From the NCBI GenBank assembly GCA_049969675.1, contig JBMFOP010000061.1:1-18976 (forward strand): DNA of 18,976 nucleotides, given 5' to 3'. The notes beneath the pieces were generated by a model, which was given only the letters and a program-made list of their open reading frames with translations, did no database searches and had not been told where the DNA came from. Below are positions 7,966-16,675 of this stretch, one piece after another. The DNA is from Myxococcota bacterium. Lineage in GTDB: Bacteria; Myxococcota; SpSt-1050. Both the position numbers and the translations under genes were made by a program. Numbering within the stretch: the stretch's first letter is position 1; every line of letters begins with the position of its first letter.

Positions 7966-9204
7966 ATGATTATTAAAAATATTAAAAGACTTATAACTCA
8001 TAAAACTGATGGCAAAGAGAAGAGACCTATTATACTTGAAAACCTCTCCCTGAAAATCAACAGGGACAAAATAGGCTATATAAACAGACATTTCAAGACA
8101 AATCGTTATTCAAAAGAAGAAGTTATTGATGCAACCAAAAAGGCGGTTCTACCCGGATTTATAGAGTGTCATACACATACAGTCTTTGGTGGTTCAAGAA
8201 TAGATGACTTTGAGAGAAGGAGCAATGGACTTTCATATCTTGAAATTCTAAAGGCTGGTGGAGGGATAAACTATACTGTTAGTTGTACGAGGAGAACAGA
8301 TGATACAACCTTAACAGAGCTCGGGATAAATAGGATTAAGGAATTTATTAAATACGGCGTTACCACCCTTGAGATCAAGAGTGGATATGGATTATCTGCA
8401 TATCAGGAGATAAGACTCCTCAGGGTCATCAATCAACTTAAAAGAATTTCAGAGATTGAGATTGTTCCAACATTTCTGGGTGCACACACATTTCCAAAGG
8501 AGTATAGAGATAAGAAAGAGGATTATATTGAAATAATTATTAATGAGATGCTCCCTCGGGTCAAAAGAGAGAGGCTATCAGGATTCTGTGATATATTCTG
8601 TGAGGATGGGGCTTTTGATATTACCCAGACAGAGAAGATATTGAGTTATGCCAAAAGAATGGGATTCAGGCTAAAGATTCATTCTGACCAGTTGACCAAT
8701 ACAGGCGCATCATTACTCGCAGCCCGATTGAAGTGCATATCTGCGGACCATCTGGATAAAATTGATGATAAATCCATAGATGCCTTAAAAAAGTCTAAAA
8801 CAACAGCCGTACTTCTCCCTTATGCTACATTGTTTACAGGGCAAAAGGAATATGCACCTGCCAGAAAGATGATAGATAATGGACTCAGGGTAGCAATATC
8901 AACTGATTTCAATCCGGGGAGTTCATATACATTCAATCTGCCATTCTGTGCTCTGCTCGGGATTACACAGATGAAGATGAGCGTTGATGAGGCATTGATG
9001 AGTATCACGATAAATGCCGCCTATGCACTCGGGCTCCAAAAGAGAAAAGGGAGTATTGAGGCTGGAAAAGATGCTGACCTTATTATACTCAACACAGATG
9101 ACTATCGGGAGATATTTTATCACCCCGACCCCTCTCTTATAAATACAGTAATCGCAAAAGGAAAAGTAATCTATAGAAACGAGTTGAGCGATTTTTTGTA
9201 TTGA
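7966..9204 (+). CDS. hutI: Imidazolonepropionase
   Basis: Motifs PGFIECHTH, FGGSRIDDF, GGGI, TTLEIKSGYGL, TFLGAH, DIFCE, IHSDQL, SADHL, STDFNPGS, GKDADL. Confidence 0.94.
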   Translation: MIIKNIKRLITHKTDGKEKRPIILENLSLKINRDKIGYINRHFKTNRYSKEEVIDATKKAVLPGFIECHTHTVFGGSRIDDFERRSNGLSYLEILKAGGGINYTVSCTRRTDDTTLTELGINRIKEFIKYGVTTLEIKSGYGLSAYQEIRLLRVINQLKRISEIEIVPTFLGAHTFPKEYRDKKEDYIEIIINEMLPRVKRERLSGFCDIFCEDGAFDITQTEKILSYAKRMGFRLKIHSDQLTNTGASLLAARLKCISADHLDKIDDKSIDALKKSKTTAVLLPYATLFTGQKEYAPARKMIDNGLRVAISTDFNPGSSYTFNLPFCALLGITQMKMSVDEALMSITINAAYALGLQKRKGSIEAGKDADLIILNTDDYREIFYHPDPSLINTVIAKGKVIYRNELSDFLY

Positions 9205-9454
9205 GTGGGATCTCTTATCCGATTCAAAGAGTTTTTAACTATAAAATCTCTTTTGTTTAGCCAACATCCCTTTCAATATAAGAACATATTTCATACCTAC
9301 TGAGATACCTTACAAAGAGGCTCAATACTCTCCTGTGATTGCCTCATTAGTAAATCTCAAGTCTTGAAAAACCTCCCACGCACTTTGCATAGAAGTTACA
9401 ATTAAAAAATCTAAATTTTACCCATTAGCTTGCAACTCTCAATAGAGAGAAGTC

Positions 9455-10456
9455 TCAGACCTGAATATCTCTCAGGTGTTGAGCTGCATTCTCTGGCGGT
9501 GTTGGATTTATATAAAACCCGGAACCCCATTCAAATCCAGCGACCTTGGTAAGTGATGGCATAATTTCAATGTGCCAGTGATAATATGGAATATTCTTCT
9601 CGGTAACTATTGGGGTATTGTGAATAATAAAGTTGTATGGCGGATTATTAAGGGCAATTGCGAGCTTCTTTAATGTAGTTCGCAAAGCCTTTGAAAGATT
9701 CTTATACTCCTTTACCTGCCCATCTTCATAGTGAGTCTGATGAGTCTTGGGGAGTATCCAGGTCTCAAATGGAAATTTTGGTGCAAATGGGCAGATGACC
9801 AGATAGTCATCATTCTCAAAGACGACTCTCGTCTTATCCATCTTCTCCTGTCTGACTATATCGCAAAAAATACACCGCTCTTTATAAGAATAATAATCTT
9901 TTGCCCCGCTCATCTCCTCTGTCACATATCTTGGGACAATGGGGAGTGCTATCAGTTGTGAGTGAGTATGTTCAAGCGACGCACCAGCAGCCTCTCCGTG
10001 ATTTTTAAATATCATAATGTATTTAAATCTTGTATCCTTCTTAAGGTCTATGATTCTATCACGATATGCCCATAATACAGATTCTACCTCATCATCTGAA
10101 AAATCCGAGAGCGCCTTATCGTGATTCGTCCCTTCAATAATTACCTCGTGCGCACCAACACCATTCATCTTATCATATATACCAAGTCCCTCTCTATTCA
10201 ATCCTCCCTCAATCATAAGGGCAGGGAATTTGTTCGGGACCACTCTCACAATCCAGCCCGGTGTATTTGGCTGTGAACCATTCTTCCTGTATGCCATAAT
10301 CTCCGGAGGTGTCTTATCCTCATTCCCTTCACAAAAAGGACAGAATCCGCCCTTTGGCTTCTCCTGGTTGACCTTAAAATCACTCGGTCTCTTTGCCCGC
10401 TCTGTAGCAATAATGACCCATCTACCAATTATAGGGTCTTTTCTGAGTTCTGGCAT
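9455..10456 (-). CDS. galT: GalT-family (HIT superfamily) hexose-1-phosphate nucleotidyltransferase; likely of the ADP-glucose phosphorylase-like branch
   Basis: Motifs PELRKDP...RWVII, CPFC zinc motif, RVVPNKFPAL, KNHGEAAGASLEHTHSQ (HxHxQ catalytic motif), HWHIEI, GFEWGSGFYINP. AGGAGGT SD. Confidence 0.88.
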   Translation of the reverse strand: MPELRKDPIIGRWVIIATERAKRPSDFKVNQEKPKGGFCPFCEGNEDKTPPEIMAYRKNGSQPNTPGWIVRVVPNKFPALMIEGGLNREGLGIYDKMNGVGAHEVIIEGTNHDKALSDFSDDEVESVLWAYRDRIIDLKKDTRFKYIMIFKNHGEAAGASLEHTHSQLIALPIVPRYVTEEMSGAKDYYSYKERCIFCDIVRQEKMDKTRVVFENDDYLVICPFAPKFPFETWILPKTHQTHYEDGQVKEYKNLSKALRTTLKKLAIALNNPPYNFIIHNTPIVTEKNIPYYHWHIEIMPSLTKVAGFEWGSGFYINPTPPENAAQHLRDIQV

Positions 10457-10483
10457 AAACTGACCTCCTAAAAAAGTTGAAAA

Positions 10484-10512
10484 ATTATATAAGACTTTTT
10501 TTGAGAGGTAAA
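10484..10512 (-). promoter_or_regulatory. Putative sigma70 promoter of the galT-like gene
   Basis: Minus strand TTTACC-N17-TATAAT, 27 nt upstream of the ATG. Confidence 0.6.
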
Positions 10513-10659
10513 TAAATTTTTCATCAATTTTTCAAACTATTAAGGTCTTTCTCTTATTATACAAACTATCAACTCCCATCCCTGAACTATTCGGCATTGC
10601 CAAAACCAAAAGCCTTGAAAATCTTATTAGCTTTTTGCGTGGAAGTTACGATTAAGGAT

Positions 10660-11343
10660 TTATATTTTTGCATTATAAGGGAGACGAAGATTGAATATAA
10701 TGTATCCCTGCACGATAAACCATATACTCTTATCAGGTTCTCCGGATTCAAGGATTGGAGAATTCTTTTCAATCTTCTGTGGGATATAAAAGTATGCATC
10801 TACCCCAAATGAGATGAGAAATTTGCGCGTCATTTTGGCTATATTATCAAATTGGAGATTTAAACCCGGCCGCAAAAAATTCATACTCCCCGAACCCTCA
10901 AATATCTTATCAGAGTGGATAAAAATATATGTGAGATTTAATCCAAGATTTAATCTGTTTTTGAAATTCACATACTTTAGTACAGGTAGCCCGATAGATA
11001 TCGGTCTGAAGTTGATTCCATACATCCCTGTATTATTGAGTTTTGGAGAGAAAATTATTGACTCTGGAATAAATATATAAGAGACTCTCAACTCATCCTT
11101 ATTTTCAACAAATCCCCTGTATTTTTTAGGGATTCTGGATTTATGTGATTCTATAAATTCTCTGTCAATCGCTGCATATATATCCAGCTTAAGTGAATAA
11201 TGTAGCAATTGGTCCTCAGAGATTATACTCGGAATATAATTTAGTGCTGGACCAACACCAATATTGAGAGGTATTTCCTCCCCGAAAGCGGGACTGATAA
11301 AGAGAACAATCAGTATAAATAGTATGTATAAAATTCTCTTCAT
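10660..11343 (-). CDS. Exported hypothetical protein, possibly an outer-membrane beta-barrel
   Basis: Sec signal peptide ending SPAFG. Alternating hydrophobic strands (LNLGLNLTYIFI, PGLNLQFD, ISFGVDAYFYI, VQGYIIFNLR). ATGA overlap with the upstream gene. Confidence 0.7.
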   Translation of the reverse strand: MKRILYILFILIVLFISPAFGEEIPLNIGVGPALNYIPSIISEDQLLHYSLKLDIYAAIDREFIESHKSRIPKKYRGFVENKDELRVSYIFIPESIIFSPKLNNTGMYGINFRPISIGLPVLKYVNFKNRLNLGLNLTYIFIHSDKIFEGSGSMNFLRPGLNLQFDNIAKMTRKFLISFGVDAYFYIPQKIEKNSPILESGEPDKSIWFIVQGYIIFNLRLPYNAKI

Positions 11344-12008
11344 TTCAGATATATAAATGCATCCGTAATTATGTATCCAAGCCCCTCACGATAAAGGAAT
11401 AGGGAACCAACATCTATCCTGCTGATGGAATCAAAGAGCGACCTTATAGATGAAAGAATAAGAAGCAGCATCCCTAATGCCTTTATATCATATTCCTCGG
11501 TCTCGGTGGCATTAAACAGAAATGTCTTTAGTGTATCCTTCTGTGAGAGGAGTTGCTCTACATTTAATATTGACGGCAAAAGGATATCTACTGCATTTTT
11601 TACATCAATAATCTTCATCTCCTGCTTATCAGATATAATTCTGAGCTTCAAATCATATGGTGCCGTCTCCTGAATCAGAAATGCAAATCCCTCTATCATA
11701 TCTACACTTCCCAGCGCAACATCCAGCACCTCCATAGTGCTATTAAGTCCTTTATGAACCTCTATTCCACCATCTAATATCCTGTCATACTGAATCTTCT
11801 TTAAGACAATCGGTGGTTCTACCTGAGAGGAGAATATCATTACCTCCTGAGAGTTGAGAGCCAGATATGAAGTTATTACAGAGGCACCGGATAGCCTGAG
11901 GATTCTCAACGCATCATAGTAGAGGACACCACTACCCCGTTCCTTTGCTGAGATTATAATTTTATTTATCTCTTCTCTATTTTTAGAACTGATATGAATC
12001 GCATTCAT
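11340..12008 (-). CDS. Degenerate ADP-forming acyl-CoA synthetase beta-subunit-like (ATP-grasp) protein
   Basis: The N-terminus (IIISAKERG...ALRILRLSG...PIVLK) and C-terminus (DIKALGMLL...ISRIDVGSLFLYREGLGYIITDAFIYL) parallel ACD-beta. The HK[ST][DE]xGGV and DPxFGP motifs are absent. Confidence 0.55.
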   Translation of the reverse strand: MNAIHISSKNREEINKIIISAKERGSGVLYYDALRILRLSGASVITSYLALNSQEVMIFSSQVEPPIVLKKIQYDRILDGGIEVHKGLNSTMEVLDVALGSVDMIEGFAFLIQETAPYDLKLRIISDKQEMKIIDVKNAVDILLPSILNVEQLLSQKDTLKTFLFNATETEEYDIKALGMLLLILSSIRSLFDSISRIDVGSLFLYREGLGYIITDAFIYLK

Positions 12009-12733
12009 CTCTTCTTATCACCGCTCTCCCACTGACCTGGCTGGTGCCCACTCTTCTCCTTATATCGTTCCTTCCTCTTTATTACAGATTCCTTCTCCTG
12101 ATTGATCTGCTCTCTGATAAGGGGCTTATTTGTAATATTGGCACATTTATCATAAATTGCAATAGCCTTATCAAAATGTTCCTTCCCGACAAGAAATGAT
12201 GCGGCCTTCAAACAGATATCAATATCTGTGTTATTCTCATATACAAATGCCTCGGTATATTGCTCAATCTTATCGTCCGGGACATTTGATAAAATGTCAA
12301 ATATCTTACCTATTGCAATCTTCTTAACCGGCTCAATTATCACAGCCTTCTTCAATACAGAAAGTGCCTCATCCCTTCTCCCCTGTTCAATATATTTTTT
12401 TGCAATGGTATAGTAGGTCTCAAGAAGCTCAATCTTATATCTTTCCCCCTCTGCCTCCAGATGCTGTGATAGGATCTCCCAGTCCTTCACATCTGTATGT
12501 CCACCACTACCTGCCTCAATGAAGAACTTTCGTGCATAATTAATCCTTGCATTTGAGAGTGATTCAACAACCTTTTTATTATCTGGTTTTTGCTTTAGCG
12601 CAGCCATATAGTATCTGATAGCCATCGCATAATCCTGTTTCGCAAACGCCTCATCCCCTAATTTCTCAGGCGATTTGGAGCAGGAGAAGAAAAGAAAAAG
12701 GACAGAAATTAAAATTATTGCATTTATCTTCAT
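12005..12733 (-). CDS. TPR-repeat lipoprotein
   Basis: Lipobox-like FFS|C. TPR-like LGDEAFAKQDYAMAIRYYMAALKQKPDN and further helical pairs. ATGA overlaps on both sides. Confidence 0.8.
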   Translation of the reverse strand: MKINAIILISVLFLFFSCSKSPEKLGDEAFAKQDYAMAIRYYMAALKQKPDNKKVVESLSNARINYARKFFIEAGSGGHTDVKDWEILSQHLEAEGERYKIELLETYYTIAKKYIEQGRRDEALSVLKKAVIIEPVKKIAIGKIFDILSNVPDDKIEQYTEAFVYENNTDIDICLKAASFLVGKEHFDKAIAIYDKCANITNKPLIREQINQEKESVIKRKERYKEKSGHQPGQWESGDKKR

Positions 12734-14361
12734 TTTACAACCTTCACATTTAATACAATATCAATCGGGAGCTTCTCAAGCCTCTTTAGATTCTGCCTTT
12801 CAACATCTTTGAGTGTCGCCATCTTCTCAATCAATTTTGATGCCTCATTGTAATCCCCGGTTGCCTCAATAGTAAGTAGATAGGTGCTGAGCGATTTGAT
12901 TGCATCTCTGAATCTATCTAAATTTACACCATATCTTCCGCTCTTTTCACTGTAAAAAATCCCACCATTCTCCATCAGGTAATAGAGTTGAATCACACAA
13001 CCCTTTGCATGGTCTTCTGTTGCACCGAATCTGATTGTTCTGAAGATGCTTGCCAGATGCGTCACATAGGCATTCATCTCTTCTTCTGGCTTAATTAATC
13101 CCTTTCTTATAAAAAATTGCAGATTGTACAACCCTAAAATATCAGCCTTTGCCTCCTCAATTGTTGAATATTTATCTTTTAAGGCGTTTCTTACTGTCTC
13201 TGTTGTAGGGCTTTTATCCTTTACTACATAGTTTGCCCCGAGAGGGTGTGCAAGCTCATGAAGAAGGGCATGCTGAAAGAATGAATCTTTATTCACATAT
13301 TTCGTCTGAGATTCATCTATAAGTTGACCTGCAATGGGTTTTAGAATCTTTTCAAATTTGGCGTCAATGACATTTCTAAACATTATTGTCTTTGCACCCT
13401 TCTGCTCTCTCACCTTCTCATCATTTGGCAATGATGCAGCAATTGATTTGATACCTGCGTTTGCCTGACCGCTATACTGCAATACATAATACACCCCGAT
13501 TGGGCTATGTTTACCTACTGTCTTCTTCTTAAATTCATCAGGAACCGGCAGTGCATTTTCAAGTTCAAGTGCATAGGAATCAAAGGTCTTTATATCCTCA
13601 GTCGCCTTCTTATCTATCATCATTATTACACCTTCATAACCCGCCTTATAACCAAATAACATATCGTCATAGGTCTCATAAGGTGCAATTACAGCATCTA
13701 CAAGGTGTCCAATCAGGTCCAGCCATGCCACATCTGAATCAAAATATTTATCATTGAGTATTGCCTCTGCCCTGAGCCTGAGATACTTCTTCAACGATTC
13801 ATTCGCTGTAAGCTCTGCGGCTTCATTCATTATCTTTGATATCGCCTTTACCTCCTCCTCATATTCTTTATTATACTGAACCGCATATAACCAGTTTTTG
13901 CTATCTCTTTTGACCACAGTAAATGGTGAGGTCAACTCCTCCTTCTTCTCGGGATGATTCTTTATAAAGGCCTCAAACTCCTCTCTTGAGATATCATCTG
14001 GATAAAATCCACCACCAGCTGGCCTCTGAAAATCTTTATAAAATGGCTTATTCTCCTCTGTCCTGTCAAATGGCCCATAGTGAATATTAAAAAGGGTCAA
14101 TAAATCTTTATTCTTACTCCTCTTTATCTCATCCAGAATTTCAAGACTCTTTGAAAAATTCTGTTTCAAAAATATCTTATCTATATAAGGTCCGGTCTCA
14201 AGCAATTTGAGGATACACCTCTTTTCAGAGTCGGGAAGGCCCCTTATGTCCACCGTTGAGTTATAAAAATCAAATTTCTTCATCAAGGCTTTCATATCCT
14301 CAGCACCTATAAACGATGAGATTAACAAAAAAATACAGATATACAATAAAATATTCCTCAT
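12730..14361 (-). CDS. Secreted peptidase family M49 (dipeptidyl peptidase III-like, HEXXH type)
   Basis: Signal peptide; motifs GGFYPDD, APYETYDD, ASLPNDE, KTIMFRNV, HELAH and EEAKAD, RTIRFG..EDH. AGGAGG SD. Confidence 0.88.
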   Translation of the reverse strand: MRNILLYICIFLLISSFIGAEDMKALMKKFDFYNSTVDIRGLPDSEKRCILKLLETGPYIDKIFLKQNFSKSLEILDEIKRSKNKDLLTLFNIHYGPFDRTEENKPFYKDFQRPAGGGFYPDDISREEFEAFIKNHPEKKEELTSPFTVVKRDSKNWLYAVQYNKEYEEEVKAISKIMNEAAELTANESLKKYLRLRAEAILNDKYFDSDVAWLDLIGHLVDAVIAPYETYDDMLFGYKAGYEGVIMMIDKKATEDIKTFDSYALELENALPVPDEFKKKTVGKHSPIGVYYVLQYSGQANAGIKSIAASLPNDEKVREQKGAKTIMFRNVIDAKFEKILKPIAGQLIDESQTKYVNKDSFFQHALLHELAHPLGANYVVKDKSPTTETVRNALKDKYSTIEEAKADILGLYNLQFFIRKGLIKPEEEMNAYVTHLASIFRTIRFGATEDHAKGCVIQLYYLMENGGIFYSEKSGRYGVNLDRFRDAIKSLSTYLLTIEATGDYNEASKLIEKMATLKDVERQNLKRLEKLPIDIVLNVKVVK

Positions 14362-14843
14362 AAATAACCTCCTGCCTCTTAATTCGGGATAGCGGAAAAT
14401 AAAATTATTGTGAGATCTCCTTCACATCTTACCGATAGGTTATAATTTGAGAATCCAATTAAATCATAGGTCACAATATTTATAAATCTGAATAATTTTT
14501 GGACTTTCATACACACAATAATCTATCATTCATTACCAATTGCAAAAAAAAATTAAATCTTATTTCTCAAAGATTGTCAAATTTTTTCCAATCATTCCAT
14601 AATCAGTGTAGCATAGGCCAAAATAGAAGAATAGATAAAAAACTAATGGGAGTAATTGAGATTACCTAACAATCAGGCATTTTACAATTCTGGTATCTCT
14701 TAAAAGAATTTGGGTAAATATAGGATACAAAAGAATCCAGTTGCCTATTTTTACTGTCTGTTTTAGGGAATCCTCAAATAGAGATTTGACAACAGCAAAC
14801 ACCTTATATATACCGGAGCAGGAAGTACTTATGAAAAAATTGA

Positions 14844-15026
14844 GGATATTCCATAAGTAAAACTACAGATGGAAATTATATCCTTGTAGGGACTACCTCC
14901 TCTTATCCTTATGGTGGAACTCCTGTATGTGATGAAATAAATAACGAGTCTCCTAATTTCATTGTAATGAAGGTTGATAAAGTACCTTTTGTGCCATTAC
15001 AGGTCTGCCGCACCACCGGTAAGTAA
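14844..15026 (+). pseudogene. Fragment of a beta-propeller repeat surface protein
   Basis: Open frame of 60 codons with no N-terminal start: GYSISKTTDGNYILVGTTSSY...NFIVMKVDK. It matches the common repeat GxSIxxTxDGGYIxxGxTxS...xxxxKxD. An in-frame TGA lies just before it (14841-14843). Confidence 0.6.
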
Positions 15027-15109
15027 ATTATCCATCAACCATTAGATTAAGCAAAGTTGTTTTTTACATAGCAAAATGGGTATTATAGTGTTATACATCC
15101 AGATTTGTT

Positions 15110-16675
15110 ATGAGCCTTGATATATTTGAAAAGGAGAAGATCGCAACTGAGAAGAGATACTGGTTGAGGACTACCAGAAGGTGTAACAACCACTGTATCT
15201 TCTGCCACGACTCAGAGATTCAGAATGGTGAGATCATTTCCACAAAGGATTTAAAAGCAGAGATTGATAAAGCCAGAAATGATGGATATACAAGACTTAT
15301 CCTCTCTGGCGGTGAGCCCACAATACACCCCGAAATAATTCAACTAATCAGATATGCAAAATCAATAGGTTTTGAATGGATTCAGATAATCTCAAATGGA
15401 AGGATGTTTGCATACCCCTCTTTCACCTCGGATGCCGCAAGGGCTGGACTAAATGAGGTCACAGTCTCATTTCACTCTCACATTCAGGAGGTCGCAGATA
15501 GACTTACTGATATAAAAGGCTCATATAAGCAGACAATTCTGGGCATTCAAAATCTAAAAAAATACAATCTTGTCATCTCAATAGATATCGTGCTCAATAG
15601 ATTGAATATCAATAAACTCACCGAGACGATTGAATTCTTTTACAAGAATTTTGGAATAGCAGAATTTGACCTTTTACACCTCACCCCATTTGGCAGGGCA
15701 CTTGAAAATTATGAAAGGTTGATTGTCCCGTTTGAAGAGGAATACGAGGCATTAAAGAAGGCAATTCATTTTGCACAGAAGAATAATATTGTACTCTGGA
15801 CAAACCGTGTTCCACCAGAGGTCCTGGAAGGGAATGAGAGTTTTATACAGGACCCACACAAGATACTGGATGAGATAAACGGAAGGAGAGAGATTTTTGA
15901 AGGATATTTAAGAGATGGGGTGATGGTGTGCAGGAAGAGAGAGAGGTGTGGGCATTGCTTTGTGAGGGATTTTTGCGAATTCCTGATTGAGATTAGAAGT
16001 ACTTTTTATAAAAATAGAATTGAGAGATTGGAGATTAATAACAATCTAAATTCAGAACTCCTATCACTGATATTTGACCACCTTACATACAATGCAACTA
16101 TATTGATTCGGCATAATCTCATTGAATCAATCTCAGATGAATTAATTGGGAGCAGCAAACGGGTTATAATTAAAACCGATACAACAAATAATCTTAAAGA
16201 ACTAATTTTTAGATATAATCTTCTGGCAATAATGACAGAAAATTTTGAGCTCACCAAATTTAAGGGCACAAAGGTAATACTTATTCTAAACAGGAAGAAT
16301 TTTCAGAGGCTCGCTTCTCAGAAAAATCTAACATTACTATTTCCAAATACCGAAAGCATCAGAGATGAGTTTGAAAATCTTCCTCAAATTGAAGATGTTA
16401 TGAAAGTAATAGATAGGTGCAATTTACGGGTTGCAAATCTGCCAAAGTGTATTTCAAAGAGTCACTACAAAGAGAATCCATACTTCTTTAAGGCAGAATT
16501 TATTACAGAGAGTGGCTTTGACCTCTTTGAGATAGCAAGAGACTTCATTCTAAAAAGGAATTATCACAGATCCCTCAGATGTAAAGATTGTATTCACTAT
16601 TCACAGTGCCCTGGTATGCATATAAATCACATAAGGAGGTTTGGCTTTGGAATTATGAAGCCAGTCAAATTATGA
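15110..16675 (+). CDS. Radical SAM protein with two SPASM/twitch-like Cys clusters (peptide-maturase-like)
   Basis: CNNHCIFC (CxxxCxxC), LSGGEPT, ISNG, VSFHS, HLTPFGRA. Internal CRKRERCGHCFVRDFC; C-terminal NLPKC...CKDCIHYSQCPG. Confidence 0.9.
   Translation: MSLDIFEKEKIATEKRYWLRTTRRCNNHCIFCHDSEIQNGEIISTKDLKAEIDKARNDGYTRLILSGGEPTIHPEIIQLIRYAKSIGFEWIQIISNGRMFAYPSFTSDAARAGLNEVTVSFHSHIQEVADRLTDIKGSYKQTILGIQNLKKYNLVISIDIVLNRLNINKLTETIEFFYKNFGIAEFDLLHLTPFGRALENYERLIVPFEEEYEALKKAIHFAQKNNIVLWTNRVPPEVLEGNESFIQDPHKILDEINGRREIFEGYLRDGVMVCRKRERCGHCFVRDFCEFLIEIRSTFYKNRIERLEINNNLNSELLSLIFDHLTYNATILIRHNLIESISDELIGSSKRVIIKTDTTNNLKELIFRYNLLAIMTENFELTKFKGTKVILILNRKNFQRLASQKNLTLLFPNTESIRDEFENLPQIEDVMKVIDRCNLRVANLPKCISKSHYKENPYFFKAEFITESGFDLFEIARDFILKRNYHRSLRCKDCIHYSQCPGMHINHIRRFGFGIMKPVKL

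Noticed and set aside
9436..9449. Hairpin CTCTC-AATA-GAGAG after galT as a terminator
   Set aside because: Only a 5-bp stem and no adjacent U-tract.
14409..14426. CRP or Rex site
   Set aside because: Half-site spacing is 8 nt, not the 6 nt of the TGTGA-N6-TCACA core. Kept only as an unassigned palindrome.
6871..16269. Other short overlapping ORFs (e.g. 6871..7146, 7515..7826, 7852..8091, 8820..9123, 9731..10463, 10597..11080, 11425..11673, 12228..12413, 13551..13757, 16006..16269)
   Set aside because: They overlap confident CDSs and show no recognisable motif or convincing SD.
16588..16671. Longer N-terminus of ORF 16588..17799, and a perfect TAAGGAGGT at 16632-16640
   Set aside because: The extension overlaps the rSAM Cys tail. 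The SD-like string encodes IRRF of the rSAM and is not followed by an in-frame start; the nearby TTG gives only a 3-codon ORF. ATGA coupling at 16672 is simpler.
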